Assembly (NCBI RefSeq): GCF_963676685.1
Contig: NC_092344.1
Location: 25,296,001-25,360,000 of the forward strand
Direction: 5' to 3'
Length of the DNA: 64,000 bases
From: Mytilus edulis
Taxonomy: Eukaryota
The translations under genes and the position numbers were made by a program. Positions 49,541-63,606 of this stretch are shown here, one piece after another (positions within the stretch are counted from its first letter, which is position 1; each line of letters opens with the position of its first letter). The notes beneath the pieces are model-generated. The model saw nothing but the letters and a program-made list of their open reading frames with translations. It was not told the DNA's origin and did not search any database.

Positions 49541-51057
49541 TGTTCCAGACCATATGAGTATTTGAACCATACGTGTAAGGTCCTGACTGTATACAGGGCC
49601 GTAACTAGGGCTCAAATTCAGGGGAGGCAGGGGTTTGGGGGCAGCCGAATAAGGCCGATTTTTCCTCTCATTAAAATGGCTACAAAAATTACCCTTTTTC
49701 CTTCGATTTCCTTACTTTAAGAAACATCAATATTGCTTGAACCTGGAAGCAATTTTTATGCAAAAACAAGCTGAGATTGCTGTTCGGGGTGAGCCAATGC
49801 TCTGTCTTGAAGGCCGTATTATGACCTATAATTATTATCATTTAAAAATACATTGTGACCGCGGATGTTTTTCTCAATAAAATCAGTAGCTGAAATGACC
49901 CGTTTTCCTTCGATTTCCTTTCTTTAAGAAACATCAGTATTGCTGGATCCTGGAAGCATTTTTTATGCAAACAATTGTTATTTGTATTTAAATATCTTGT
50001 TGATAGAAATCAAACTGGTAAGTTAAAAAAACAAGCAAGATCATAGAACGCAAGATACATTTTTTTATCGAGGACCTTGAATTTCAATATTGTTGAAAGC
50101 TGAACAGAGATGTACATAACTACAACTTTCTATACTAGTATATACTTAGTATGAAAAGGCCCTGCTACAACGAATGGGAGTGTTTAACTACTAAGGCATT
50201 GACCAAAATGTTTTCGTACGATGGGGAAACGTTAAAAAAAATGATCCAACTGCTGATTCAGCTGGTATCGAATTTCCGATATTATTAAAGATTCACAATA
50301 CAAAGGAAACTTCCTATGCTTAATTGAGTCCCTAAATAAATGTGAACAGTTAAGTTTTATTCAAAATTATCGAAATTAAAATTTAATATGTGTTCTCGTA
50401 CGAATACTGAATAACAGACGGACGGCCACACGAAAAAAAACATAACCAAACAAATACTGAAATGTTTCACTATCGCTCAAATATCCGGAAAATGACATAT
50501 GATGATCACGTATCATGATAACACTGTTAAAACTGTAAACTTGTGTTGTTTATAATATAAATTCAAATTGTTCCTGTACATATTGTCACTATTTCATTTT
50601 ATTACTTCAAAAAATAAAGATAATCATATTTTTTACATTTACATGTAGTATTCATGTACATGTATGTTCCTTTGCGTATTCATTTTTTTTGTAAAGTTCA
50701 TAAACATTCTGAAACAATTGTCCTCCCAGATTATGTTTACTTCCCAAAACTACAATTCCAATGAGCATACTGGGCAGCAATTAATGTTTAAACACAGAAG
50801 ATTAACAGATTACAAGCGTGATTTTTTTTTAATAGTTCGAATATTTAGTTTTTATTTCAATTACTGTTGAACTTTTTTATATTAATTTAAGACATAAGAT
50901 GATCTGTCATATACATTTGTATCTAATAAACTTGACCAACTTCTTAATATAAGTCAGACCGTACATTTACGGTCCAACCGTATGCGTATTTTGAAAAAGT
51001 ATGCATAACAGTCCAGACTGTACGCGTACGGTCCAAATACTCATACGGTCTGGAACA
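49541..51057. mobile_element. TIR element flanked by TTAA, containing a truncated second element starting near 49594
   Basis: TTAA|tgttccagacc(a/g)tatgagtattt ... aaatactcatacggtctggaaca|TTAA. Confidence 0.75.
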
Positions 51058-51732
51058 TTAATGTATTGCTTTAACTTTATTTCATTGTTTCAAAATAAAG
51101 TGAGATTCTGACAACCTTTTTTTTGGTGTTAAATCCATTTTAATCATGCTTTGGTTAGTGTATTGCTATATTTTTTTGTTTCATTGTTTCAGATCAAAGT
51201 GGCCAAGCTGTTAAAAACAATTATCTTTTGTGTTTTTCATTTTAAATTCTTTTTTTTTTGTTACTCACAACAAGCTGAATATCCTACCGTAGTCTAAAAT
51301 TGGTCTTTTTTCGAGAGAAGCTCTACTGTGATAGTCGACTTTGGTATATTTTTACCCCGTTATTGATAGGATTTCAAACTCCTGTGAATTAATCAGGTCA
51401 GGAATAACCACCAATTGGTGGATTATACCTCAATTGACGTATAATCCACCAATTGACGTATAATGGTATAGACCAATTGGTGTATAATTCTTTGTTTTTC
51501 AAAAAATTTTTTTTTTTAGAATAACAAATTATTCTACCAAAATGGAGCATTGTTTTCTTAAAACCATATTATGGTATGAAAACTTGTCAAACATTCCTAG
51601 TTTAGTATAGTGACATAACATATTGCATTTAATCAATAATTGTATTTGCAGTTTCTTCTATTGTTATCTTGTCAATTCTTGATTGGCAAATTTACCTGTT
51701 ATCACCTGTCAATGGACATCATTACTGTCTGC

Positions 51733-53278
51733 GGGTCTCACTAATTAGCGACAACAAGCGTCAAGAAGCGACAACAAGCGACAAGAAGAATTATTTTAGC
51801 GACAACAAGCGACAAGAAGACTATTTAGCGACAAGAAAACATTTTTTTTTTATTAGATATAAAGAAATTTGTATTTAAATATACGAGCAGATATGTCTAA
51901 TTAAAATGTTTTATTATATAGATAGACGAAGAAAGGAAACATTTGTGAGGAAGAAAGAGATTGTGAAGTTTATATTAGTATATTGGTAGATGAAGAAATT
52001 AAACATTTGTGAAGAAGAAAGAGATTGAGCTTCTTTTTTTTAATTTTTAAATATGAAGAATATGTTTAAGATAATGTATGTATGTTTTCATCAAAGTCAA
52101 AGTATGAATAAACGAATGGAGATATATATGGAGCGGGCATAATGGAATATAATATTTTGATTCATTTGCTTAATACTATGCTCTAAGTGTAATCTTGTTA
52201 TGTCAATTCGATGCTTTATTTGTAGAACTCTCAGCCACGCTTTGCCATCTTTATTATTTAAGCGTGTTTCCAGACCCCACACGAGGACGTGGTTCTACCT
52301 TGGGGTCCATATAATTTTTTTTTTTTTTAATTATTTTTAGTAATATGTACATTCCTATCTAACATAATATTTATAGAGAAAATCATATGGCGTTTTCAAT
52401 ATCGCATCCGTATCAACCCGCACGAAAAAGAGTTTTAAATAACAAATTATAAGATAAATAATATGTTCTGAAACACAAGGAAAAGTAATCCCATAACACA
52501 ATAATTAAACGTAATACTGGCTGTTATACATAATAGATGATAAAATATTATGTAAATAATGTTTCATTTTTTTCTATCAATCTTAACTTTCTTGTCGCTA
52601 AAATTATTTTCTTTTGCATATTCTTTTAAGAGGGTGGTAAAGGGGGGGTGCTTGCACGAAAAAAACGTGAAATAAGACATAATTTCACGTTGAACGTGAA
52701 ATAATTTCTGTAATGAACGCCGGTTGCACGAAAAATAAATACTTCTATTTGAACCTGTTGTGACTGCATGAGTCACTGTCTTCTTGTATCTTTGTTTTAC
52801 TTGATATTCCCGATTTAGTAAACACATTTATGATATAATTGGTTTACGGCTTTTAAAAAAAGTATTCCTTGACAATCCCTGCCAAGTGTTTGAATTTTAT
52901 TTGAAAAATACCGAGCACGCAAAATAAGACTTTGAAAATCACGATGCACGTAAAATTAAATAAGCAGAACACGTTGAACGAGGCACCCGTCTTGCACGAC
53001 TGAACGTCAAATAAAAAAGTAAAAACACGATGAACGTGAAATAAAAATCGGCGATCACGTTGCACGAAAATAACCCTTTACCACCCTCTTTTAATATTTG
53101 TTGCAATAATTAATTTTAATTAAAAAAAATATGTTTTCTTGTCGCCAAATAGTTTCTTGTTGCTTGTTGTCGCTAAAATAATAATTATTTTAGCGAATTA
53201 AATTCTTGTTGTCGCTTCTTGTCGCTTGTTGACGCTTGTTGTCGCTAAAATTCTTGTTGTTGCTAATTAGTGAGACCG
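51733..53278. mobile_element. Middle MITE with 8-bp TSD CTGTCTGC
   Basis: CTGTCTGC|gggtctcactaattagc ... gctaattagtgagaccg|CTGTCTGC; subterminal gcgacaa(c/g)aa repeats in inverted orientation. Confidence 0.9.
52630..53088. mobile_element. Inner MITE (GAG...CTC termini)
   Basis: TTTTAA|gagggtggtaaaggg ... ccctttaccaccctc|TTTTAA; internal ttgcacgaaaa and aacgtgaaata repeats. Confidence 0.85.
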
Positions 53279-54799
53279 CTGTCTGCAGTCATGTGATCAT
53301 GAGTACAACTACACAGGTGAATGGAGCTCTTTGTTAATACTTGACTTTCATTATCAAAAGTCAATCATGGTCAATAGTACAAATGTTTCAACAAAAGAAT
53401 TGTTGTACACATGCAATCTCAAGAGATGCAGCAGGCTTTGACAAAACTGAAATTTTTGGAGGACTCAATAAGGGTCATAAAAAAGGTTGGTAGTTGCATA
53501 ATCATGCTCCTATCCCACACTAGCATTTTATTACAAAAAAATGCATTATACGTCAATTGGTCTATACCAATATACTTCAATTGGTGGATTATACGTCAAT
53601 CGAGGTATAATCCACCAATTGGTGGTTATTCCTGACCTGTTAATTCATAATTAAACAAGTGCCTGTGGTCCGTGTGGACGCAATATACGTCCTTGACAAT
53701 AACAAGTAAACGGATACTTCGTTGTGCTTACCCAAAGAACGATGGATGAACGACGATAGAAAACTGTTTCTTCAATAATGTACAAACTAACTTCGAAATG
53801 TCAAACCTTGAGATACGTATACATGTAAGTGTGTGTATGCAAAGCATGCAGCGGAAGTGGAAACCGGACTAACTTTTTTAATACTTAATCAACTCCGGCC
53901 TGTCTGGATATAAATTCCGGATTTAGTCATATCTCATTCTGTAATGAAGATCTTTGAATTTGAATTTTCTGTTTAATAGTGGATGTGTTATTCAGCAGTA
54001 TAAATTATAATCATGTTTTCAACATAAATTGAGAGGGCGTAGGTAGGAGGAGGTGTCTAACAAATTCCCTGAAAAAAATAAGTTTGACGGTAAAATCTAG
54101 GACCAAATCGGCACCTTGTAAAATCGCCACCCGGGTGTAGTGAAATCGGCACTTGGTCAAATCGACACCTAATGTGGTCATTTCGGTACCCATGTAAACT
54201 TTGTTGAATATGCCTAAATTTTAGTAAAATGATCGCAATCAAAATTGAAGGTAGGTGTCATCCAGATTTATTGATTTTTAAACATCGTTGAGTTTTTAGT
54301 ATATATTTTTTTTGGTGTTGAACTTATAATGTGTCTTCGAGGTATTGGATATTTGTTATGCATGTTTTGAATTCAACAGTTGAGCATTTTGCATGATTGT
54401 TGGGTTTTAACCTTGCTGAAATACCACCTTAATTGCTAATTATTTTGCATGCGAGTTTGACTACCAAGAACGTGTTAATGCGAGCAATAGCCTAGTTGGT
54501 ATTCAAAGTTAGTGGAGGGGGGACCTTTTTCGGACGTCGGGTGTTTTTAAGCTCGGGATTTCGGGATCGATCCTTTCGGGATCCGTGAACTCTTTTTTTT
54601 TTCAAATTTCGGGATGTCGGGATTCAAATTTCTTTCCTGAAATTTGGGACCTCGGATTTCATGTTTTTAAATCCGGATTTCGGGTACCACGATTTCCGGA
54701 GTAATACAAGAACAAATTTATATTCAAAAATCCTGATTATAGGTATTATTTAACACGACGTTTTATTGTGTTATGCTGCTTAAATTGACGGTGTAATTT

Positions 54800-56018
54800 T
54801 TATTTCTTTTCAGGTGGGGATGTTGAACAGACAACATGTATATAGAGACGGCATGTACACAACGTTATTTCTTTTGTCATTGTAGGAGATTGACATTTTG
54901 ATCACAGTTCACCAGAAGTGCATGATTTTGATTTAATTGATCCGGTGTAACTTCAAAACATTGAATGATTATTTTCTTATAATGTACATTTCTCAGCACC
55001 AGTTTGTAACACAGATAAGTATTTCAATCTAGGAGCGGACATTTTATTGTAGGATTTCACTGAGATTTACGGACCTAGCAAGCGATTTTTACGGCATTGC
55101 CATTTTTTTCTACAGGAAAATTCTTGAGAGATATCTGCACCACGTTGTTTTATGAACTTTCAATACATGTATTCCCTGCTGACTGCAAATTTTTAGGTCG
55201 ATCGGACTTGTAGTTTCAGAGTACATGTGGATTTTTTTTTCAGAAGAGATGTAAAAACAATATTAAAATTGAATTCTTCTTGAATAATTGAGAGTTTTTT
55301 AATTCCATATTGTTTTAAATATACTGTCTTAAATAAACTGTCATACACATTGATTGATTGATTGGTTGGTTAATTGGTCGGTTGGTTGGTTGGTTGGTTT
55401 ATAACTTAAACACTTGGGATAAGGTCTCTTGAAACAAGCGAAAAAAAACCAAACAAATGAGAAATTGGACCCCGTATTAAACACACGAGAGTGAAAGATG
55501 ATTGATAAGTTGATTGATTGGTTGGTTGATTATTTGGTTGGTTGGTTGGTTGATCAATTAAACACGTGGTATAGTGTCCCTTGAGACAGGTGAAAAAAAA
55601 AACAAATGAGACCTTGGACCCCGTATTAAACACATGAAACGGAAACATGCATTGATTGATTGATTGATTAATTGATTTATTTATTGATTTATTGATTGAT
55701 CAATTGATTGGTTGGTTGGTTGGTTAAACGCGTTGGATAGGGTCTCTTGAACTAGCAAAAAAGAAACAAAAGAGATCATGGACCCCACATTAAACACATG
55801 AGACTGAAACATCCATGCACTGATTGATTGATTGATTGATTGATTGATGATTGATTGATTAATTAATTAATTGATTAATTGATTGATTTATTGATTGATC
55901 AATTGATTGGTTGGTTGGTTGGTTAAACGCGTTGGATAGGGTCTCTTGAACTAAGCAAAAAAGAAACAAGAGATCTTGGACCCCATATTAAGCACATGAG
56001 ACTGAAACATCCATGCAC

Positions 56019-56052
<34 letters not shown>

Positions 56053-59000
56053 GTTGGTTGGTTGGTTGGTTGGTTGGTTTGAATTCAAACACAAATAAAA
56101 CTCTTTAAATAGTGCCAAAAATCACATAATTTGCCTCTTAGTACATGACCTTGACCTTTGACCTTGTGCCCTTCGTCAAGGTCATTGCTCTACAATGTCA
56201 TTGCAAAAGACCGTATGGGCCAAGGACCTTTTGTTTAAGAGTTTTGCCTAATAATGGCTTTTTATAAACCACCAATGGGGGTTATGTCCCTTACATAATG
56301 GTAAAACCAATACAGTCATAATGTACCAAAGTTGCCCCTTGAAGTACTTAGCATTTTTCACTACTTAAATTTTCTGTATCTTTAACCATTCAAGAATTAT
56401 AGGGAAATCAAAGACATATGAAAATCTAAAATATGACCTTGACCTTTGACCTTGACCTATATTTCTAAGTTAGGACATAGGGGCCTCAAATAAAAACATT
56501 CCAGGGTTATACGGTTAACTGTTTATGAGTTAAAAAAACGTACCGACAAATTTATTTTGTAAAGGTAGATAACTCCTATAAAATGTCATTGAATCGCTTC
56601 GATCCAAATTAGCCAAAAATTCCTGAGTATGTAACGAACAATTTGTAAAAGGAATTTTGTCGCTATCTTTTTTTGTTACGAAGGAGATGCACACAGATGG
56701 TAAACAGTGAATAGGGAGATAACTCTTACAAAGAAAATGGTTCGGCTTAGCAGGGTGAAATTTAAAAGCGCATAGACTATACGATACCATATGACAAATA
56801 TCTAAGCGACATATTGCGAAACAAACATTTATCGCAAGAACAAAATTTGGCGGAAAAAAAAATAATAATAATCAGAAGAAAAACAATAAGTCTTTCCACA
56901 GAAAAGTGGAAAGACTTAATAATAATCAGAAGAAAAACAATAAGTCTTTCCACAGAAAAGTGGAAAGACTTAATAAATATAAAGCAATTGTTTTGAATAC
57001 AATTGTTAGGCAGTCTTTCCCCTCTGATGAATGGACATTTGATTTTTTTGATTTATTGATTTGGAAAAAGGGGGGGGTATTTGTTTGTTTGTTTGTTTTT
57101 GTAAAGGGTCTATATTATTTAGTTACCGGAGAAGTTTCATGTTTAGTTTGGAAAGTTTTTCTTTTATTTTAGATACAGCGCGCGCGCAAGATTGAGGAGA
57201 CATCACGTGACGCGGGTTTATATTAAGAAAAACTTAGTCTTTTTATTTCTCTTTAGGTCGGGACGTTAAACAGACAACATGTATAGAGATGGAATGCTCA
57301 CAATGTAATTTCTTTTGTCATTGTAGGAAATTGACATTTTGATGAAAGTTCACAAGCAGTGCATGTTTTGGATTTAATTGATCCGGTGTAACTTTAAAAC
57401 ACATTTATTGATTATTTTCTGATAATGTCCATTTTTCAGCACCTGTTTGTAACACAGATTAGTATTTCAATCTCGGAGCGGACATTTTATTGTAGGTTTT
57501 TACTGAGATTTACGGACCTAGCAAGCGATTTTTACGGCATTGCCATTTCTTTTTTCTAGGAAAAGTCTTGAGAGATATCTGCAAAAAGTTTTTTTATGAA
57601 CCTTCAGTACATGTATAAACTGCTGACTGCAAATTTTCAGGTCGATTGGACTTGTAGTTTCAGAGAATACACTGTATGTGGATTTTTTTTTCAGAAGAGA
57701 CGTAAGAACAATAATAAAATAAAAATTTTCTTGAATAATTGAGAGTTTGTTCCTTCAATATACTGTCATAAATAAACAGTCATACATATTGATTGATTGA
57801 TTAGTTGGTTGATTGATTGGTTGGTTTGTTGGTTGGTTGATTAAACACGTTTGAGAGGGTCACTTAGAACAAGGGGAAAAAACCTCAAGAGACCTTGCAT
57901 CCTGTATTAAACGCATGACACGGAAACATACATTAAGTGATTGATTGGTTGGTTGGTTGGTTAAACACGTTGGTTAAACATGTTGGTTAAACACGTTGGC
58001 TGGTTAAACACGTTGGATAGGCTCAATTTAAACAAGCGAAAAAAAAACATCTTGGATCCCGTTTTTAACACATGAAACGGAAACATGCATTGATTGGTTG
58101 ATTGGTTGGTTGGTTAAACACGTTGGTTAAACACGTTAGTTAAACATATTTGTTAAACATGTTGGTTAAACACGTTTGATTGGCTCAATTTAAACAAGCG
58201 AAAAAAAAACCATCTTGGATCCCGTATTTAACACATGAAACGGAAACATGCATGATTTATTGGTTGGTTGGTTGGTTGGTTAAACATGTTGGTTAAACAC
58301 GTAGTTTAAACACGTTGTCTGGTTAAACACGTTTGATAGGCTCAATTTTATCAAGCGAAAAAAACCATCTTGGATCCCGTATTTAACACATGAAACGGAA
58401 ACATGCATTGATTGATTGATTGATTGGTTGGTTGGTTGGTTGGTTGGTTGGTAAGTTGGTTAAACATGTTGCTTAAACATGTTGGTTAAACACGTTGGTT
58501 AAACACGTTGGCTGGTTAAACACGTTAGAGAGGCTCAATTTAAACGAGCGAAAAAAACCATCTTGGATCCCGTATTTAACACATGAAACGAAAACATGCA
58601 TTGATTGATTGATTGGTTGGTTGGTTGGTTAAACACGTTGGTTAAACACGTTGGTTAAACATATTGTTTAAACATGTTGGTTAAACACGTTTGATAGGCT
58701 CAATTAAAAAAAAGAGACCTTGAATCCCGTATCAANNNNNNNNNNNNNNNNNNNNNNNNNNNNNNNNNNNNNNNNNNNNNNNNNNNNNNNNNNNNNNNNN
58801 NNNNNNNNNNNNNNNNNNNNNNNNNNNNNNNNNNNNNNNNNNNNNNNNNNNNNNNNNNNNNNNNNNNNNNNNNNNAAAACTGTTTAAATAGTGCCATAAC
58901 CACATAATTTGATGACCTTGACCTTTGACCTTGTGACCTTCGTCAAGGTCATTGCTCCACAAGGTCATTGCAAAAGACCCTATGGGTCAAGGACCTTTTG

Positions 59001-62000
59001 TTTAAGAGTTTTGCCTAAAAATGGCTTTTTAAAAACCATCGATGGGAGTTATGTCCCTTACATGATGGTAAAATCAATATAGTCATAATGTAAAAAAGTT
59101 GCCCCTTGAAGTACCAAGCATTTGTCACTGCTTAATTTTTTTGTATCTATAACCGTTCAAGAATTATAGGGAAATGAAAAACTTATAAAAATCTAAAATA
59201 TGACCTTGACCTTTGACCTTGACCTAATTTTCTAAGTTAGGACCCAGGGGACTCAAATAAAAACATTCCAGGGTTATACGGTTAACGGTTTAGGAGTTTA
59301 GAAAACATATCGACAAATTTATTCCGTAAAGGTAGATAACTCCTATAAAATTTCATCAAATCGCTTCGATCCAAATACGCCAAAAATTACTGAAGATTTA
59401 ACGAACAGTTTGTAAAAAGAATTTTGTCGCTTTCTTATTTTGTTACGAAGGAGATGCACACAGAGGATAAACAGTGAAAAGGGAGATAACTCTTACATAG
59501 AAAATGGTTCGCCTTAGCAGGGTGAAATTTAAAAGCGCATAAACTATACGATACCATATGAGAAATATCTAAGCGACATATTACGAAACAAACATTTTGC
59601 GCAAGAAAAAAATTTGGCGGAAGAAAAAAAAAAATAATAATAATAATAATAATAATAATTAAAAACCAATTGTTCAGAGAACAATTGAAAGTCTTTCCAC
59701 ACCAAAGAAATTTGGATAAGAAGGTAGTTTCTTCATACTGATGCGATAAATAATGGTTTAATTATCTTTTTCAGTGATATAAGGGAGATAATATGCTACT
59801 TCCGGTGAAATGAATGTCACATCCGGTCTCATATGATAGCTTCTTTCACACTGATTCCAAAAATATATAGTTTCTATATACTTTTGAATGTAGAATGGGA
59901 GATAATTGGCCACTTCCGGTTTGTTGGAAGTCATTTTTAGTCTTCAGTTATCTGTTCATGTATCTTTATGACAAAATATATGGATTCTGAGTACTTTTAT
60001 GTGAAAAAATTGCAAAAAAAGCTACTTCCGGTTTTCCCAAGGTCACTTCCGGTAGCCATTTTTCAAGGTCATTTGTCACTTAACCTTTTGTATAAGGTCA
60101 AATGTCTTTATAATGAACTTAATTGAAGTTATTATCAAATAACCTCATATCAAGACATTTCAGGGGCATCAACTCCTATAAGATGCCATTTAATTGTATA
60201 AGACTAAATGTAGCATATCTTCACTACAATAAAGCTGACATTTTGCACTTGTTCTTTTATATGTATCTCTCAAAGTGTCAGAGAAAATGCAAAAACAAGC
60301 AAAAGTCACAATTGAGAACTTGACCTTGACCTTTGACCTTGACCTCATTTTCTAAGTTAGGACCTAGGGGACTCAAATAAAAACATTCCAGGGTTATACG
60401 GTTAACTGTTTATGAGTTAAATAAACTTTCCGACAATTTTATTTTGTAAAGGTAGATAACTCCTATCAAATTTCATCGAATCGCTTCGATCCAAATACGC
60501 CAAAAATTACTGAGGATGTAACGAACAATTTGTAAAAAGAATTTTGTCGCTATCTTTTTTTGTTACGGAGGAGATGCACACAGAGGATAAACAGTGAAAT
60601 GGGAGATAACTCTTACATAGAAAATGGTTCGCCTTAGCAGGGTGAAATTTAAAAGCGCATAAACTATACGATACCATATGAGAAATATCTAAGCGACATA
60701 TTGCGAAACAAACATTTTGCGCAAGAACAAAATTTGGCGGAAGAAAAAAAAAAAAATAATAATCAGAAGAAAAACAATAAGTCTTTCCACAGAAAAGTGG
60801 AAAGACTTAATAATCAGAACAAAAACAATAAGTCTTTCCACAGAAAAGTGGAAAGACTTAATAATCAGAACAAATACAATAGGACTTTCCACAGAAAAGT
60901 GGAAAGAACTAATAATCAGAAGAAATACAATAAGTCTTTTCACAAAAAAGTGAAAAGACTTAATAAATATAAATCAATTGCTTTAAAAAAGCAATTGTAG
61001 GGGGTCTTTCCCCCTGTAAAATTAATTGAATTGGGGGGTGTTTGTTTGTTTGTTTGTTTGTTTGTTTCTGTATGGGGTCTATATTATTGTTACCGGAGAA
61101 GTTTCATGTTTAGTTTGGAAAGTTTTTCTTTTATTTTAGGTACAGCGCGCGCGCCACATCACGTGACACGGGTTTATAATAACGAAAAGATAGTCTTTTT
61201 ATTTCTTTTTAGGTGGGGACGTTAAACAGACAACATCTATAGAGATGGAATGTACACAATGTAATTTCTTTTGTCATTGTAGGAAATTGACATGTTGATG
61301 ACAGTTCACAAGTAGTGCATGTTTTGGATTTAATTGATCCGGTGTAACTTTAAAACACATTTATTGATTATTTTCTGATAATGTACATTTTTCAGCACCT
61401 GTTTGTAACACAGATTAGTATTTCAAACTCGGAGCGGACATTTTATTGTAGGTTTTTACTGAGATTTACGGACCTAGCAAGCTATTTTTACGGCATTGCC
61501 ATTTCTTTTCTCTAGGAAAAGCTTTGAGAGATATCTGCACCAAGTTTTTTTGTAAACGTTTAGTACATGTATGCCCTGCTGACTGCAAATTTTGAGGTCG
61601 ATTGTACTTGTAGTTTCAGAGAACATGTGGATTTTTTTTTCAGAAGTGACGTAAGAACAATATTAAATTTCAAATTTTCTTGAATAATTGAGAGTTTGTT
61701 CCTTCAATAAACTGTCATAAATAAACAGTCATACATATTGATTGATTGATTAGTTGGTTGATTGATTGGTTGGTTGTTTGGTTTGTTGGTTGGTTGATTA
61801 AACACGTTTGATAGGGTCACTTAGAACAAGGGAAACAAACCTCAAGAGACCTTGCATCCCGTATTAAACGCATGACACGGAAACATACATTAAGTGATTG
61901 ATTGGGTGGTTGGTTGGTTAAACACGTTGGTTAAACACGTTGGTTAAACATGTTGGTTAAACACGTTGGTTAAACACGTTGGCTGGTTAAACACGTTGGA

Positions 62001-62330
62001 TAGGCTCAATTTAAACAAGCGAAAAAAAAACCATCTTGGATCCCGTTTTTAACACATGAAACGAAAACATGCATTGATTGGTTGATTAGTTGGTTGGTTG
62101 GTTGGTTAAACACGTTGGTTAAACATGTTGGTTAAACACGTTGGTTAAACACGTTGGCTGGTTAAACACGTTTGATAGGCTCAATTTAAACAAGCGAAAA
62201 AAAAACATCTTGGATCCCGTATTTAACACATGAAACGGAAACATGCATTGATTTATTGGTTGGTTGGTTGGTTGGTTGGTTGGTTGGTTGATTAAACACG
62301 TTGGTTAAACATGCTGGTTAAACACGTAGT
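54800..62330 (+). repeat. Composite tandem macro-repeat, about 2.5 units (starts ~54805, ~57250, ~61205)
   Basis: Each unit has a ~500-bp conserved block (aacagacaacat..gatttacggacctagcaagc), then (TTGA)n/(TTGG)n and ttaaacacgttgg arrays, then the ccttgacctttgacc satellite block; N gap at 58736-58875. Confidence 0.9.
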
Positions 62331-62334
62331 TTCA

Positions 62335-63606
62335 TTGAGGTCCAAAGTTGGGAAAGGGTGACACTACCTTCCCTTCAATTTTCCTTCATAAAATTTTCCC
62401 TACGGCAAATCTTGTTTGCCCACTAGGTACACATGATATGCACTTGCCCAAGGTTGCCTGGGCCCAAAGATTCAGGTGGGTTAACCTTTTCTTTCCTTCA
62501 TAAAATTTTCCCTGCGGCAAACCTTTTTTCCCACTAGGTACAAATGATAGGCACTTGTTCAAGGTTGCTTGGGCCTAAAGACCCAGGTGGGTAAAGTAAT
62601 TGAATTTTTTGAATTGATGTCCAAAATTTAGGCAGGGAAACCCTACAATCCACCTTCTTTCCTTCATAAAATTTTCCCTACGGCAAAACTTTTTGCCTAC
62701 TTTGAACATAAAAAAAAGAGTTCCGTAACTTTACCCACCTGAGTATTTGGGTCCAGGCAACCTTAGGCAAGTGCCTATCAAGTGTACCTAGTGTGGACAA
62801 AAAGCTTTGCCGTAGGGACTTTGTTATGAATTAAATAAGGGGGAATGTAGGGTCACCCGACCCCAACTTTTGGACCTAAAAAAAAGAGTTCCGTAACTTT
62901 ACCCACCTGGGTATTTGGGTCCAGGCAACCTTAGGCAAGTGCCTATTGAGTGCACCTAGTGTGGACAAAAGCTTTGCCGTAGGGACTTTGCTATGAATTA
63001 AATAAGGGGGAATGTAGGGTCACACGTCCCCAACTTTGGACCTAAAAAAAAAGTTGCTTTACCTTACCCACCTGGGTATTTGGGTCCAGGCAACCTTAGG
63101 CAAGTGTCTATCAAGTGTACCTAGTGTGGACAAAAGCTTTGCCGTATGGACTTTGTTATGAATTAAATAATGGGGAATGTCGGGTCACCCGACCCCAACT
63201 TTGGACCTAAAAAAAAAGAGTTCCGTAACTTTACCCACCTGGGTATTTGGGTCCAGGCAACCTTAGGCAAGTGACTATCTGGTGTACCTAGTGTGGACAA
63301 AAGCTTTGCCGTAGGGACTTTGCTATGAATTAAATAAGGGGGAATGTCGGGTCACTCGACCCCAACTTTGAACCTATAAAAAAAGAGTTTCGTAACTTTA
63401 CCCACCTGGGTATTTGGGTCCAGGCAACCTTAGGCAAGTGCCTTTCTTGTGTACCTAGTGTGTACAAAAGCTTTGCGTAGGGACTTTGCTATGAATTAAA
63501 TAAGGGGGAATGTAAGGTCACCCAACCCTAACTTTGGACCTAAAAAAAAACTTGGTGTTGGGGTCCAGGCAACCTTAGGCAATTGCCTATCATTCGTACC
63601 TACCTA
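62335..63606. repeat. ~167-bp satellite with an orientation switch at ~62705
   Basis: ttcataaaattttccctacggcaaa units (62340-62700) face tttgccgtagggactttg(t/c)tatgaa units (62710-63600). Confidence 0.85.

Larger units (their letters stand above)
51394..53639. mobile_element. Outer MITE of a three-level nest, ~95-bp TIRs
   Basis: TTAAT|caggtcaggaataaccaccaattggtggattatacctc ... gaggtataatccaccaattggtggttattcctgacctg|TTAAT. Confidence 0.85.

Noticed and set aside
38676-54250. 5' terminus and upstream non-coding exons of the Helitron
   Set aside because: Several candidate minus-strand acceptors exist (e.g. ~38880, ~39301, ~45299, ~46706), but no terminus or exon chain could be fixed from sequence alone
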